DNA of 14,765 nucleotides from an uncultured Ignavibacteria bacterium (GTDB taxonomy: Bacteria > Zixibacteria > MSB-5A5 > UBA10806 > 4484-95), in contig CAZFSN010000060.1 in NCBI GenBank assembly GCA_964521815.1, positions 1 to 14,765 on the forward strand, given 5' to 3'. Positions 1-8,075 of this stretch are shown piece after piece (position 1 is the stretch's first letter; each line of letters begins with the position of its first letter). The notes under the pieces are model-generated. The model worked only from the letters and a program-made list of their open reading frames with translations. It did no database searches and was not told the origin of the DNA. The translations under genes were made by a program, and so were the position numbers.

Positions 1-12
1 TAAATAAACATG

Positions 13-42
13 TTGACAATTATTGAATTATGATAATATTAT
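13..42 (+). promoter_or_regulatory. Candidate sigma70-type promoter for the T9SS cargo gene: TTGACA at 13-18, and TG-n-TAATAT / TATTAT -10 candidates at 31-42
   Basis: Exact TTGACA hexamer followed 15-18 bp later by AT-rich -10-like hexamers. It lies about 40 nt upstream of the AAGGAG RBS at 70-75. This is a sequence-pattern call only. Confidence 0.3.
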
Positions 43-82
43 TACAAAAGTATTAATTAACCTTAAAACAAGGAGTGACTTA

Positions 83-871
83 ATGAAAAGAATAATCGAT
101 TTGAGCGCGGTTTTATTGGTCATGTTATATTGTCCGGCGGTTTTTGCCCATGCTACATATACTGGCTATTCGGGAGCCCCCGGCTCATCCGGCAGCTGTG
201 CTTCATCATGCCACGGTACAAGCGGAGGGACAATTCAGATCTCCGGTTTTCCGGAACAGTTCGTCGAGGGTCAAGCATATACAATTACGATTACCCATTC
301 CGGGGGAAGCTCAATCAGGCAGTTCAACGGCAGTTGTCGGGCCGGTTCTGGATCGGCCAATGCCGGCATTATTTCCGCGGCAACAAATACATCAGCTTAC
401 AGTCAAACAAACGAAACTAATGGCATTCGTTTATCAGCTACAAATCAAAACAGCGGGACTTTCATCTGGACCGCGCCTATCGATACGACCTCGGAAGCAA
501 GACTGTATATCGCGGGCCTGCAGGGGAGCTACAGCGGTCAGAATACCAGTCTGGTTTTGGTTTCCACCAGACAACAGGTTGGCATAAAAGATCAAGCGGA
601 AATTCCTGAATCTTATGTTATTCTATCGAATTACCCCAATCCATTTAACGCCTGGACTAATATCGTGTTCAATCTGCCCGCGAGTAATGACGTTCGCCTG
701 GATATTTACAATCTAAGTGGCCAACTCGTTGAATCGTTCCGTGAAGGTTATTTAGAAGCCGGTCAGCATTCTATTGTCTGGGCTGCCGCGGATTATCCCA
801 GCGGGATTTATTTATACAAGCTTTCTTTTGGAGAGCGCGAGATTGCCAACAAAATGATTTTGCTGAAGTAA
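83..871 (+). CDS. Secreted T9SS cargo protein of unknown function; the N-terminal signal peptide and the low-complexity S/G/T/N-rich passenger carry a C-A-S-S-C-H motif; C-terminal type-A T9SS sorting domain
   Basis: The ORF track starts at a TTG at 23, but the ATG at 83 is preceded by AAGGAG (70-75) at 7-nt spacing. From that start the N-terminus MKRIIDLSAVLLVMLYCPAVFAHA is a classic Sec signal peptide (basic n-region, hydrophobic core, AxA site). The last ~80 aa (LSNYPNPFNAWTNIVFNLPASNDVRLDIYNLSGQLVESF...GIYLYKLSFGEREIANKMILLK) match the Por secretion C-terminal domain consensus (NYPNPFNP...IYD..G..V...SGVYFY.L...K.KMVLLK). Confidence 0.8.
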   Translation: MKRIIDLSAVLLVMLYCPAVFAHATYTGYSGAPGSSGSCASSCHGTSGGTIQISGFPEQFVEGQAYTITITHSGGSSIRQFNGSCRAGSGSANAGIISAATNTSAYSQTNETNGIRLSATNQNSGTFIWTAPIDTTSEARLYIAGLQGSYSGQNTSLVLVSTRQQVGIKDQAEIPESYVILSNYPNPFNAWTNIVFNLPASNDVRLDIYNLSGQLVESFREGYLEAGQHSIVWAAADYPSGIYLYKLSFGEREIANKMILLK

Positions 872-902
872 TAAAATGTTTCACCCCACTATAATTACTT
901 TA

Positions 903-950
903 ACAAGAAAAAGAGCCGGGTTTTGATTTTCCCGGCTCTTTAATTATGAT
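903..950. terminator. Bidirectional Rho-independent terminator between convergent genes
   Basis: A perfect 10-bp stem aagagccggg (911-920) / cccggctctt (931-940) with a 10-nt loop. It has an A-run on the 5' side and a T-rich tract on the 3' side (taattatgattttttc), so it can terminate transcription from either strand. Confidence 0.7.
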
Positions 951-986
951 TTTTTCAATTGCGAAATTATTTCACTTATGAGTTAT

Positions 987-2891
987 TTATAATTTAGCCA
1001 GTTCCTTTTCCAGACGCGAGACCAGGGTATCAAGTTGATCGACGACGGCCTGGAAATTATCCGGTTGAGATAAATCGACTCCGGCTTTTTTTAGTTGTTC
1101 CATCGGGTAATCATTACCGCCGGATTTTAACAGCGTTAAGTATCTTGTCCTGGTCGCATCGCTGATTTTCTTATCCTTTGAGATGAGTTCATTATGTATT
1201 TTAGCGGAAGCGGCGAAGCTGGTGGCGTATTTATAAACATAATACGGCGTTTGGAAAAAATGGCTTATACGCGACCATCGACACCCCAACAGATCATCCT
1301 TGAATTCAGCATCGCCAAAATATTCATCTTCCAGACCTAAATATAACGATTTTATAACATCGGCCGTAATCGGCTGACCCTGTTCGGCCAATTTATGGGC
1401 CTGCCATTCGAAATCAGCGAACAGCACCTGGGTGTAAAATGTCCCGATGATATTATCGATAGCTTGTTGTAATAGAGCAACACGTTCTTTGGGGTCTTTA
1501 GCATGGTCGAACATATAATCCAAAAATAATGCTTCATTAAGCGTCGAGGCCACTTCAGCCACGAAGATGGTGTATGAGGAAGTGGCAAACGGTTGATTTT
1601 CTTGTGATAAAATCGTGTGCATGGAATGCCCGACTTCATGGGCGACAGCGAACATCGCCTCCAGTGTTTCATTGTAATTCGTCAGTATATAAGGATGAAC
1701 TCCATAGACGCCGGCCGAAAAAGCCCCGCTGGTCTTGCCTTCGTTCTCATATACATCAATCCAGCCGCCTTTAAAAGCTTGTTTTATTTTATCCTGGTAT
1801 TCCGAACCTAAAGGTTTGACTGATGCGATGATTGAGGAAGCGACATTATCATATTCGTAGGTTTTATCGAAATCTACCAGAGGAATATAACCATCATAAA
1901 GATGATACGTTTCCAAACCGAGCGTTTTTTTGCGGAGTTTAAAGTATCGTTTAACCGGAGCGGTTCCGGTTTTTACCCGTTCAATCAGATTTTCATATAC
2001 CGAAACAGATACATTGTTGGCATCCAGGGCGGCTTCCAGGGTCGAGCCGTAATTTCGCGCCTGGGCGTTGGCCCAATCCCGCTGCAAAATCGAGTTATAA
2101 ATCGAGGCATAGGTATTTAAGTCGGCATTATAGACATTATAGAGCGCCTCAAAAGCTTTTCTTCTATCATCCTGGTTGCGATGAGTAGAGGTTATATTTT
2201 GATACGTGCCTTCGGTGACCGTGACTGTATCGCCGTCGGATAAGATAACATCCTGAAACTTAATATCTGAAATGGATAAGTCATTATAAATAGAGCCCGG
2301 CGTACCGTCGAAAGGGCTGAAGTAAGATAACAATTGCTCTTTATCCGCGTCCAGCACGTGTTTCTGTTGACGATAAAGGTCTTCAATGGAAAATCGATAT
2401 GGCGCCAATTCTTTGGTTTTATCCAACCAGGTTTGCATTGTCTCCCAGGGGATTTGAAGGAGTTCCGGATTGAACCAGGAAGTGGCCACGTCGAATTTGG
2501 CGAAAACTATTCGGACCTGTTGAAGTCGGGCGCTTACGTCATTGTCTCTATTGTCTGTCGCGAGCATCAATGCGGGGTAACGATAAACTTTGTACGCGAG
2601 CATCCCCAGTTCATCGCCGAGCAGTGAGGCTTTTAGTAATTGCTGTGGGCCCTGTGCCAAAGTTCCTTTCAGAGCGGCATATTCGTCCATTTTTGTTTGA
2701 AGTTCAGCTAATCCTTTTTCCCAGGCTTCCCAGTCGGGATAGATGTCATTTAGATTCCATTTGTATTTATCCGGTATTTCACTGCGGATAAGTGTTTTGG
2801 GTCCCGCATTCGCGCTGCCGGCTATGGCCATTAGCACAAAAACGATGACGAGAATGATGTTAACAGCGGATCTGGCTTTTACCAAATGCAT
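987..2891 (-). CDS. pepF: M3B-family oligoendopeptidase F-like zinc metallopeptidase with an N-terminal signal peptide (exported)
   Basis: 634-637 aa. HEVGH zinc-binding motif within FAVAHEVGHSMH; the length and overall composition fit oligoendopeptidase F. The track start is a GTG at 2900, but the ATG at 2891 (MHLVK...) sits 9 nt downstream of AAAGGAG (reverse complement of 2901-2907), so 2891 is the more likely start. The N-terminus has a basic n-region, a hydrophobic core IILVIVFVLMAIAG and an SANA|G cleavage-like site. Confidence 0.85.
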   Translation of the reverse strand: MHLVKARSAVNIILVIVFVLMAIAGSANAGPKTLIRSEIPDKYKWNLNDIYPDWEAWEKGLAELQTKMDEYAALKGTLAQGPQQLLKASLLGDELGMLAYKVYRYPALMLATDNRDNDVSARLQQVRIVFAKFDVATSWFNPELLQIPWETMQTWLDKTKELAPYRFSIEDLYRQQKHVLDADKEQLLSYFSPFDGTPGSIYNDLSISDIKFQDVILSDGDTVTVTEGTYQNITSTHRNQDDRRKAFEALYNVYNADLNTYASIYNSILQRDWANAQARNYGSTLEAALDANNVSVSVYENLIERVKTGTAPVKRYFKLRKKTLGLETYHLYDGYIPLVDFDKTYEYDNVASSIIASVKPLGSEYQDKIKQAFKGGWIDVYENEGKTSGAFSAGVYGVHPYILTNYNETLEAMFAVAHEVGHSMHTILSQENQPFATSSYTIFVAEVASTLNEALFLDYMFDHAKDPKERVALLQQAIDNIIGTFYTQVLFADFEWQAHKLAEQGQPITADVIKSLYLGLEDEYFGDAEFKDDLLGCRWSRISHFFQTPYYVYKYATSFAASAKIHNELISKDKKISDATRTRYLTLLKSGGNDYPMEQLKKAGVDLSQPDNFQAVVDQLDTLVSRLEKELAKL

Positions 2892-3285
2892 TTTGCGCAC
2901 TCCTTTCGTTTAGCACAGATTATTAAACTCAAACTATTAAACAATACGAAAAATTAACACAAAAGTTGTTCGTATTGGCATATATTAACTCAAATTAGGT
3001 GATATCTGTTGCAAAAAGCCGTTAATTATGAACAAGTTGCTTAATATTTATTTAATTTGTGGATTTGTAAATGTACATGATGCGTATGATTATTATGTTA
3101 TGGTCAAATTTCTTTATTTATAGTATTAATATCTCCGGCTGAAACATGGTAGGCGGTTTTTCGTAATTCGTTAATATGTTTGATGGCAAGTTTAAAAGGC
3201 TTTTATCAGATGTTATCTAATCTTACAATAGAAATACTATTTGGCCAAATACCAGTTTGTTTTATATTATTTTTTAAATGAAAAT

Positions 3286-4020
3286 ATGAACACTACCGAG
3301 AGAGAAATAGATACTATTTGGCTTGAAACAAAGGCGCTTTGCCGTCATTATCAATTAGGTTCACAAAAAATCAAAGCGGTCGATAGCGTCGATTTACTTA
3401 TCTCCAAAGGTGAATTCCTGGCTATATGCGGCGCTTCAGGATCAGGTAAATCGACATTATTGGGGTTATTAGCCGGACTGGATACGCCAACATCAGGGCA
3501 AATAATAGCCGATGGCCTTTCATTATCATCGTTAAGCCGGCGTGAATTGGCGGCCTATCGGGCTCAAAAAGTCGGTATGGTTTTTCAATCATTCAACCTG
3601 ATTCATCATCACACAGCTCAAAAAAACGTTGAGCTGGCCCTGTATTTCAGTACGGCCTCCGACCAACCGAGAAAAACAAGAGCCAGGGAGATGCTGGAGC
3701 GTCTGGGTTTGGGCGATCGATTAGAACATCGCCCCGCTGATTTATCGGGTGGCGAACAACAAAGAGTCGCGATTGCCCGGGCGCTGGTTAAACAGCCGGC
3801 CATTCTGTTTGCCGATGAACCCACCGGCAATCTCGATTACGAAAATTCCAGACATATCGCGAATTTGCTTATCGACCTTAACCGTCAGGGCTTAACAATT
3901 GTTTTGGCCACTCATGATCTTGAAATAGCACAAAGCTCAGCCCATCGGATTATTCGTATGCATTACGGCAAAATCACGGATGAGATTAAGAATCCATCGG
4001 GAAAACGGGAGCCTCAATGA
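3286..4020 (+). CDS. ABC transporter ATP-binding protein (LolD/MacB/FtsE-like ATPase)
   Basis: Walker A GASGSGKST, ABC signature LSGGEQQRVAIARAL, and Walker B ILFADEPTGNLD followed by the D-loop. The track begins at a TTG at 3241. The in-frame ATG at 3286 (MNTTERE...) gives a typical 244-aa ATPase. The stop overlaps the next start (ATGA at 4017-4020). Confidence 0.9.
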   Translation: MNTTEREIDTIWLETKALCRHYQLGSQKIKAVDSVDLLISKGEFLAICGASGSGKSTLLGLLAGLDTPTSGQIIADGLSLSSLSRRELAAYRAQKVGMVFQSFNLIHHHTAQKNVELALYFSTASDQPRKTRAREMLERLGLGDRLEHRPADLSGGEQQRVAIARALVKQPAILFADEPTGNLDYENSRHIANLLIDLNRQGLTIVLATHDLEIAQSSAHRIIRMHYGKITDEIKNPSGKREPQ

Positions 4021-5474
4021 ACCTTCGCGATTTAATCTCCATTTCTATAGGCAATTTGTGGCGGATGAAGCTTCGCGCGTTTTTGACTATTTCCGGCGTC
4101 GTTATAGCTATTACTACTTTCGTCTCGATGGTGTCATTTGGAGCGGGAAATCAGAAATTAATCTCGGATCAGTTCGAACAACTTGGTTTATTTTCCACGA
4201 TTCTGGTTTATCCACCCGATGAAAGCGAAAATGATTCAGCCCAGGCGGTCGTGCTTGATGATGGGGCCATCGCCAAATTATCTCAGATTCAAGGGGTGAT
4301 TTTAGCTTATCCTTATGATGAGTTCGAGGTAAAGGCGGCCTTTGCCGATACCGAACTGACAACATCTGCGCAAGCGCTACCGGACACGGCCTTAAAAACC
4401 AGATTGTTTTCGCATCTGTTAGCCGGGCGGGTTTTTCCAAGCGACAGCGCTAAAGATGCAATTATCAGTAATGAGTTACTCGATGGACTAAATATCGAAA
4501 ATCCCGATTCAGTTATCGGCAAGCAAATTATAATCTCAGTTAAAGTTGCCAGCATTGATAGTGGATTGATTAATATTTTTCAGGATAAAGATGGCGAAAT
4601 TGAAAAGAGGTTAAATGAGATATGGATCGATTCGCTTCTTCGCTTCGATTATTTTAGTAAAATAGCGCGACGGGAACTGAGTTCAGCCGCTATGAGGTTT
4701 GTGGATGGTTTTATAAATTCGCCTAAGATTATTTCGGATACGCTCACTATTTGCGGCGTATATAAAATAAACAAAAGCCGTCGCCTGCGAATTAAACCTA
4801 TTATTATACCAATCGCAACTGCTTCTGTGTTCAATTCAGCCGGTTTTAGCGATGACCCGGTTGAGCTTTTCAGCGCTTTGCGAAGTGGAAAATTATTTGA
4901 TAGCGGAAACAATCCATCTAAATATTATCCTCAGGCCACGCTTTGTCTTGATCCATATGTGTCTTATGAATCGGTGCGGGATTCGGTAAAAGCCATGGGC
5001 TTCAAAACATTCAGTTTCGCCGAGAGCTTCAAGGAGATTCGCCGCTTCTTCTTTTATTTTAATATTGCGTTGGGCATAGTCGGTTTGGTCGCTCTAATTA
5101 CGGCTTCGCTGGGGATTGCTAATACCATGGTGATGTCGATTCTGGAGCGCACTCGTGAAATCGGCGTGCTTAAATCGCTGGGAGCAGACGAATCTTATAT
5201 ACGCCTGTTGTTTCTGGTGGAATCCGGGGTCATCGGAACCATCGGGGCTTTGATTGGAATATTATCCGGCTGGATAGTTACCAGAGTAATTTCGCTGATC
5301 GCCAGAATAATTATGGAGAAACAGGGTTGGGACATCGTTGAATTATTCGCTATGCCGCTCTGGCTAATTATGACGGCTTTTCTTTTCGGGCTTCTGGTCA
5401 GTTTAGCGGCCGGTTATTTTCCGGCTTCCAGAGCCGCCAGAGTCGATCCTGTCCAGGCATTGCGGAATGACTAA
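4017..5474 (+). CDS. ABC transporter permease, MacB/FtsX family (N-terminal TM helix, large periplasmic domain, C-terminal FtsX-type 3-TM bundle)
   Basis: 485 aa. The N-terminal helix LRAFLTISGVVIAITTFVSMVSFG is followed by about 280 aa of hydrophilic sequence. The C-terminus has three hydrophobic helices with the conserved FtsX-domain pattern (ANTMVMSILERTREIGVLKSLGA...AGYFPASRAARVDPVQALR). It is translationally coupled to the ATPase gene. Confidence 0.85.
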   Translation: MNLRDLISISIGNLWRMKLRAFLTISGVVIAITTFVSMVSFGAGNQKLISDQFEQLGLFSTILVYPPDESENDSAQAVVLDDGAIAKLSQIQGVILAYPYDEFEVKAAFADTELTTSAQALPDTALKTRLFSHLLAGRVFPSDSAKDAIISNELLDGLNIENPDSVIGKQIIISVKVASIDSGLINIFQDKDGEIEKRLNEIWIDSLLRFDYFSKIARRELSSAAMRFVDGFINSPKIISDTLTICGVYKINKSRRLRIKPIIIPIATASVFNSAGFSDDPVELFSALRSGKLFDSGNNPSKYYPQATLCLDPYVSYESVRDSVKAMGFKTFSFAESFKEIRRFFFYFNIALGIVGLVALITASLGIANTMVMSILERTREIGVLKSLGADESYIRLLFLVESGVIGTIGALIGILSGWIVTRVISLIARIIMEKQGWDIVELFAMPLWLIMTAFLFGLLVSLAAGYFPASRAARVDPVQALRND

Positions 5475-5542
5475 AACATCCTTTTTTATAAATTAATAAT
5501 AAATATCTAATCCAAGAATGGATACATTGATTTTATTTCTGC

Positions 5543-5571
5543 TTGAAATATTTTAAGCTATCTCCTAAGAT
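5543..5571 (+). promoter_or_regulatory. Weak candidate sigma70-like promoter (TTGAAA-17-TAAGAT) upstream of nfeD-flotillin
   Basis: Hexamer pattern only. There is no terminator between the permease stop and nfeD, so read-through from the ABC genes is equally possible. Confidence 0.2.
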
Positions 5572-5730
5572 TCCGCGAATATCGGCATAATCGAGTAAGC
5601 CGCTAATCAATAATGATTTTCGATGAATAATTCTGAGAACTCGAATACTTACGTGAAATTAATGAATAAAAATCATGATTGAGGGTATTTTAGAAAAAGG
5701 CCGAGTGATCGGCGAAGGAGGTATTGACCT

Positions 5731-6246
5731 GTGATTATATTTGCCACAATATTCGGCGTAGGTTTTTTGCTTCTGATAATTAGTTTGATTTTCGGCCATG
5801 ACACCGACGTCGACGCGGACACCGATGTACACAACGGTACATCCGGACCGAGTGTATTCAGCGTTAAGATGATATCGTTAATCATGATCGGTTTCGGGGC
5901 CGTCAGTTTCGGCATAAGAGCTACTCAGGATGCCACTATGTTTAAATCCTCGATGGCCGGCGTAGCCGGGGCCGCGGTTATTGGCGTAGTAGGGTATTTT
6001 ATAATCAGGGCTTTCTATGCCAGCCAGGTTAGTTCAACCATAACCGATCGGGATTTGCTCGGCTGTACTGCTACAGTACTGGATACAATAATCGCCGACG
6101 GCCAGGGGCAGGTTGCCTGCATTTTACAGGGCCGCGAAATAACATATCTGGCTCGTTCAAGCCACGGTCAGGCTATAAATCGCGGCAAATCCGTAATAGT
6201 TATCAGTAAAACCGGTAATATCGTAACGGTAGAACCAATTGAATAA
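5731..6246 (+). CDS. nfeD: NfeD-like membrane protein (short form, YuaF-like): three TM helices plus a C-terminal OB-fold domain; partner of flotillin
   Basis: GTG start, 8 nt after GAAGGAGG (5715-5722). Three hydrophobic segments are followed by a soluble C-terminus (LGCTATVLDTIIADGQGQVACILQGREITYLARSSHGQAINRGKSVIVISKTGNIVTVEPIE). That pattern of alternating G/V/I beta strands is typical of the NfeD C-terminal beta-barrel. It lies immediately upstream of a flotillin gene, as in yuaF-yuaG. Confidence 0.75.
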   Translation: MIIFATIFGVGFLLLIISLIFGHDTDVDADTDVHNGTSGPSVFSVKMISLIMIGFGAVSFGIRATQDATMFKSSMAGVAGAAVIGVVGYFIIRAFYASQVSSTITDRDLLGCTATVLDTIIADGQGQVACILQGREITYLARSSHGQAINRGKSVIVISKTGNIVTVEPIE

Positions 6247-6281
6247 TATTATTAAAGAAATAGCATTTAAGCGGAGGTATT

Positions 6282-7865
6282 ATGTTTTTTGAAAACATGG
6301 TTTGGCCAATTATCGGATTAGCCATTGTCATAGCTTTTTTCGCGCTGGTGAAAATACTATCGGCGTTTTATATCCGGGTACCGCCAAATAAAGCGGCGTT
6401 TTTCTACGGCGCTAAAAGCGGCAAGCGCAAAGTCCAAAAAGTCACGCAGGCCGGAATTCCCGGCGGGGCGCCGGTATCGGTACTTCCGCCCGGAACGGTA
6501 GTAGTTACCGGCGGCGGCCGTATGCGCAAGCCGGTTATAGAGTCGGTCCAGTTCCTCGATTTGTCCGAGATCACGCTCCCCCAGATTCGAGTTGAAAATA
6601 TGCCCAATATCGACGGCGTGCTGGTGACTGTCGAGGCGGTAGCCAACATTCGGTTCAAAGATGACGCCGAATCGCTTCTGGCCGCCGGTTCGAGATTTCT
6701 GGGTATGGAGCATAACAGTATAGTCAACACCGCCCGCGAAACCCTCGAGGCCAACCTGCGTGGCGTTGTTGGCACGCTGACTGTCGATGAGTTGATTAAA
6801 GACCGTGAAGCATTCCGTCAACAGGTGCTTAAAGAAGCCACCGAGGATTTAGCCAGGCTGGGCATGCAGCTGGATGTTTTCAACCCGCAGTCTATCACTG
6901 ACAATCAGGGGTATATCGAAGCTCTGGGTAAAAAGCGCACCGCCGAAGTCAAACGTGACGCGGCTATTGGCGAAGCAGAGGCTCTGGCAGAAGCCAAAAA
7001 GAGAGCCACCGATGCCGAACGGGCCGCCGAAGTTGTCGCTCAGAACAATGAAAAACTAAAAGCCGAAGCCACCAAAGAGGCGGATGTCGCCAAGCAGAGG
7101 TTCGCCGCCGAGGTCGCGACCCAGACTGCCAAAGCTCAACAGGCCGGCCCACTTTCAACAGCCAGCGAACGGCAGAAAGTCATTGTCGCGGAAGTCAAAA
7201 TCGAGGAGGAGCAATCCCGGGCCCAAATAGCAGTGGAAGAACAAAATATCTTGCGCGAACAGAAATCTCAGGAAGCGACAGTAGTCGTGCCGGCCAAAGC
7301 CAAAGCCGATGCCCTGATTAGAGAATCGGAAGGTTACAAGCAGGCTGAAATAGCCAAGGCCGACGGTGATAAATACGCTACTATCGCTCGCGCCGATGCC
7401 CAGAAACACAAGCTGGAAATGGAAGGCTCAGGTGAAGCAGCGGCGGTAAAAGCCAAGGGTCTGGCTCAAGCCGATATTATCAAACAGCAAGGCCTGGCCG
7501 AAGCCGAGGTAATCAAGCAGCAGGGTCTGGCACGGGCGGAAGCGCTTCTGAAGATTGCCGATGCCTACAGCAATTTCAATGATAAGGCGCTTGTTCTCGA
7601 GTTAGTCAAGTCATTACCGCCGACCGTGGAATCGTTAGGCTCGGTGTTCAGCGCGATTGCCGCGCCGATGGGCAATATCGATAAGCTGGTAGTGGTAGAT
7701 AGCGGCGGCAACGGCGGTACCGATGGCGGCGCCTTACAGCGGTTCGCCAAGACCGGCCCGGTGATCTTGTTCCAGATGATCGAACAATTGAAAGCCGCCG
7801 GTTTCGATATCACCAGCCTGTTAAAGAAAGCCGGTATCGAAAAAGCGGAAGTTACTGAGGAATAA
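6282..7865 (+). CDS. floT: Flotillin-like SPFH/band-7 protein (FloT/YuaG-like), 527 aa
   Basis: GGAGG RBS. The N-terminal membrane hairpin is followed by an SPFH core (LTVDELIKDREAFRQQVLKEATEDLARLGMQLD), a long Ala/Glu/Lys-rich coiled-coil region with EA repeats, and the conserved C-terminal block NIDKLVVVDSGGNGG (compare B. subtilis FloT NIDKITVVDTGGSG). Confidence 0.9.
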   Translation: MFFENMVWPIIGLAIVIAFFALVKILSAFYIRVPPNKAAFFYGAKSGKRKVQKVTQAGIPGGAPVSVLPPGTVVVTGGGRMRKPVIESVQFLDLSEITLPQIRVENMPNIDGVLVTVEAVANIRFKDDAESLLAAGSRFLGMEHNSIVNTARETLEANLRGVVGTLTVDELIKDREAFRQQVLKEATEDLARLGMQLDVFNPQSITDNQGYIEALGKKRTAEVKRDAAIGEAEALAEAKKRATDAERAAEVVAQNNEKLKAEATKEADVAKQRFAAEVATQTAKAQQAGPLSTASERQKVIVAEVKIEEEQSRAQIAVEEQNILREQKSQEATVVVPAKAKADALIRESEGYKQAEIAKADGDKYATIARADAQKHKLEMEGSGEAAAVKAKGLAQADIIKQQGLAEAEVIKQQGLARAEALLKIADAYSNFNDKALVLELVKSLPPTVESLGSVFSAIAAPMGNIDKLVVVDSGGNGGTDGGALQRFAKTGPVILFQMIEQLKAAGFDITSLLKKAGIEKAEVTEE

Positions 7866-7910
7866 ATAATTGGATTCATGTACTGGGGCTTGTTAATAAA
7901 GAGGCGTGTA

Positions 7911-8013
7911 TGTCATTGCGAATCCCGCGATAAGCGGGATGAAGCAATCTGGATGTTTGCCGCTCAGAGACTTCCAGATTGCTTCGTCGTCTTACAGACT
8001 CCTCGCAATGACA
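7911..8013. repeat. About 103-nt nested palindromic element with 11-bp perfect terminal inverted repeats (tgtcattgcga / tcgcaatgaca) enclosing two internal hairpins; MITE-like or structured RNA
   Basis: Outer inverted repeat 7911-7921 vs 8003-8013. Inner hairpin A: atcccgc (7922-7928) / gcgggat (7934-7940) with loop gataa. Inner hairpin B: a perfect 13-bp stem gaagcaatctgga (7941-7953) / tccagattgcttc (7973-7985) with a 19-nt loop. A 17-nt unpaired segment (7986-8002) lies 3' of hairpin B. The motif CAGAGACTTCC / CAGACTCC recurs in the two unpaired segments. Confidence 0.5.
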
Positions 8014-8043
8014 ATTTTAAAATTCTTTGAAATTTTTAAACAA

Positions 8044-8075
8044 GCTGCCGGGTTCACCGCCCGGCAGTTTTCTTC
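8044..8075 (+). terminator. Rho-independent terminator downstream of the flotillin gene
   Basis: Stem ctgccggg (8045-8052) / cccggcag (8060-8067), a 7-nt loop, then TTTTCTT. Confidence 0.6.

Noticed and set aside
130-587. Two overlapping plus-strand ORFs (130-420 and 144-587) in alternative frames
   Set aside because: They are embedded in the T9SS cargo CDS, which has a signal peptide and a canonical C-terminal sorting domain in its own frame. The alternative frames are Arg/Pro-rich with no motifs.
3028-3123. 31-codon ORF in the pepF/ABC divergent spacer
   Set aside because: No Shine-Dalgarno sequence, although every real gene here has one. The AT-rich context readily yields short ORFs by chance.
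3241-3285. TTG start of the ABC ATPase proposed by the ORF track
   Set aside because: The N-terminal extension MAKYQFVLYYFLNEN is hydrophobic/aromatic and atypical for ABC ATPases. The in-frame ATG at 3286 gives a canonical length with Walker A at residues ~35-43.
6357-6821. Minus-strand ORFs of 154 and 123 aa
   Set aside because: They are antisense to the flotillin gene, whose SPFH and C-terminal motifs are unambiguous. No RBS.
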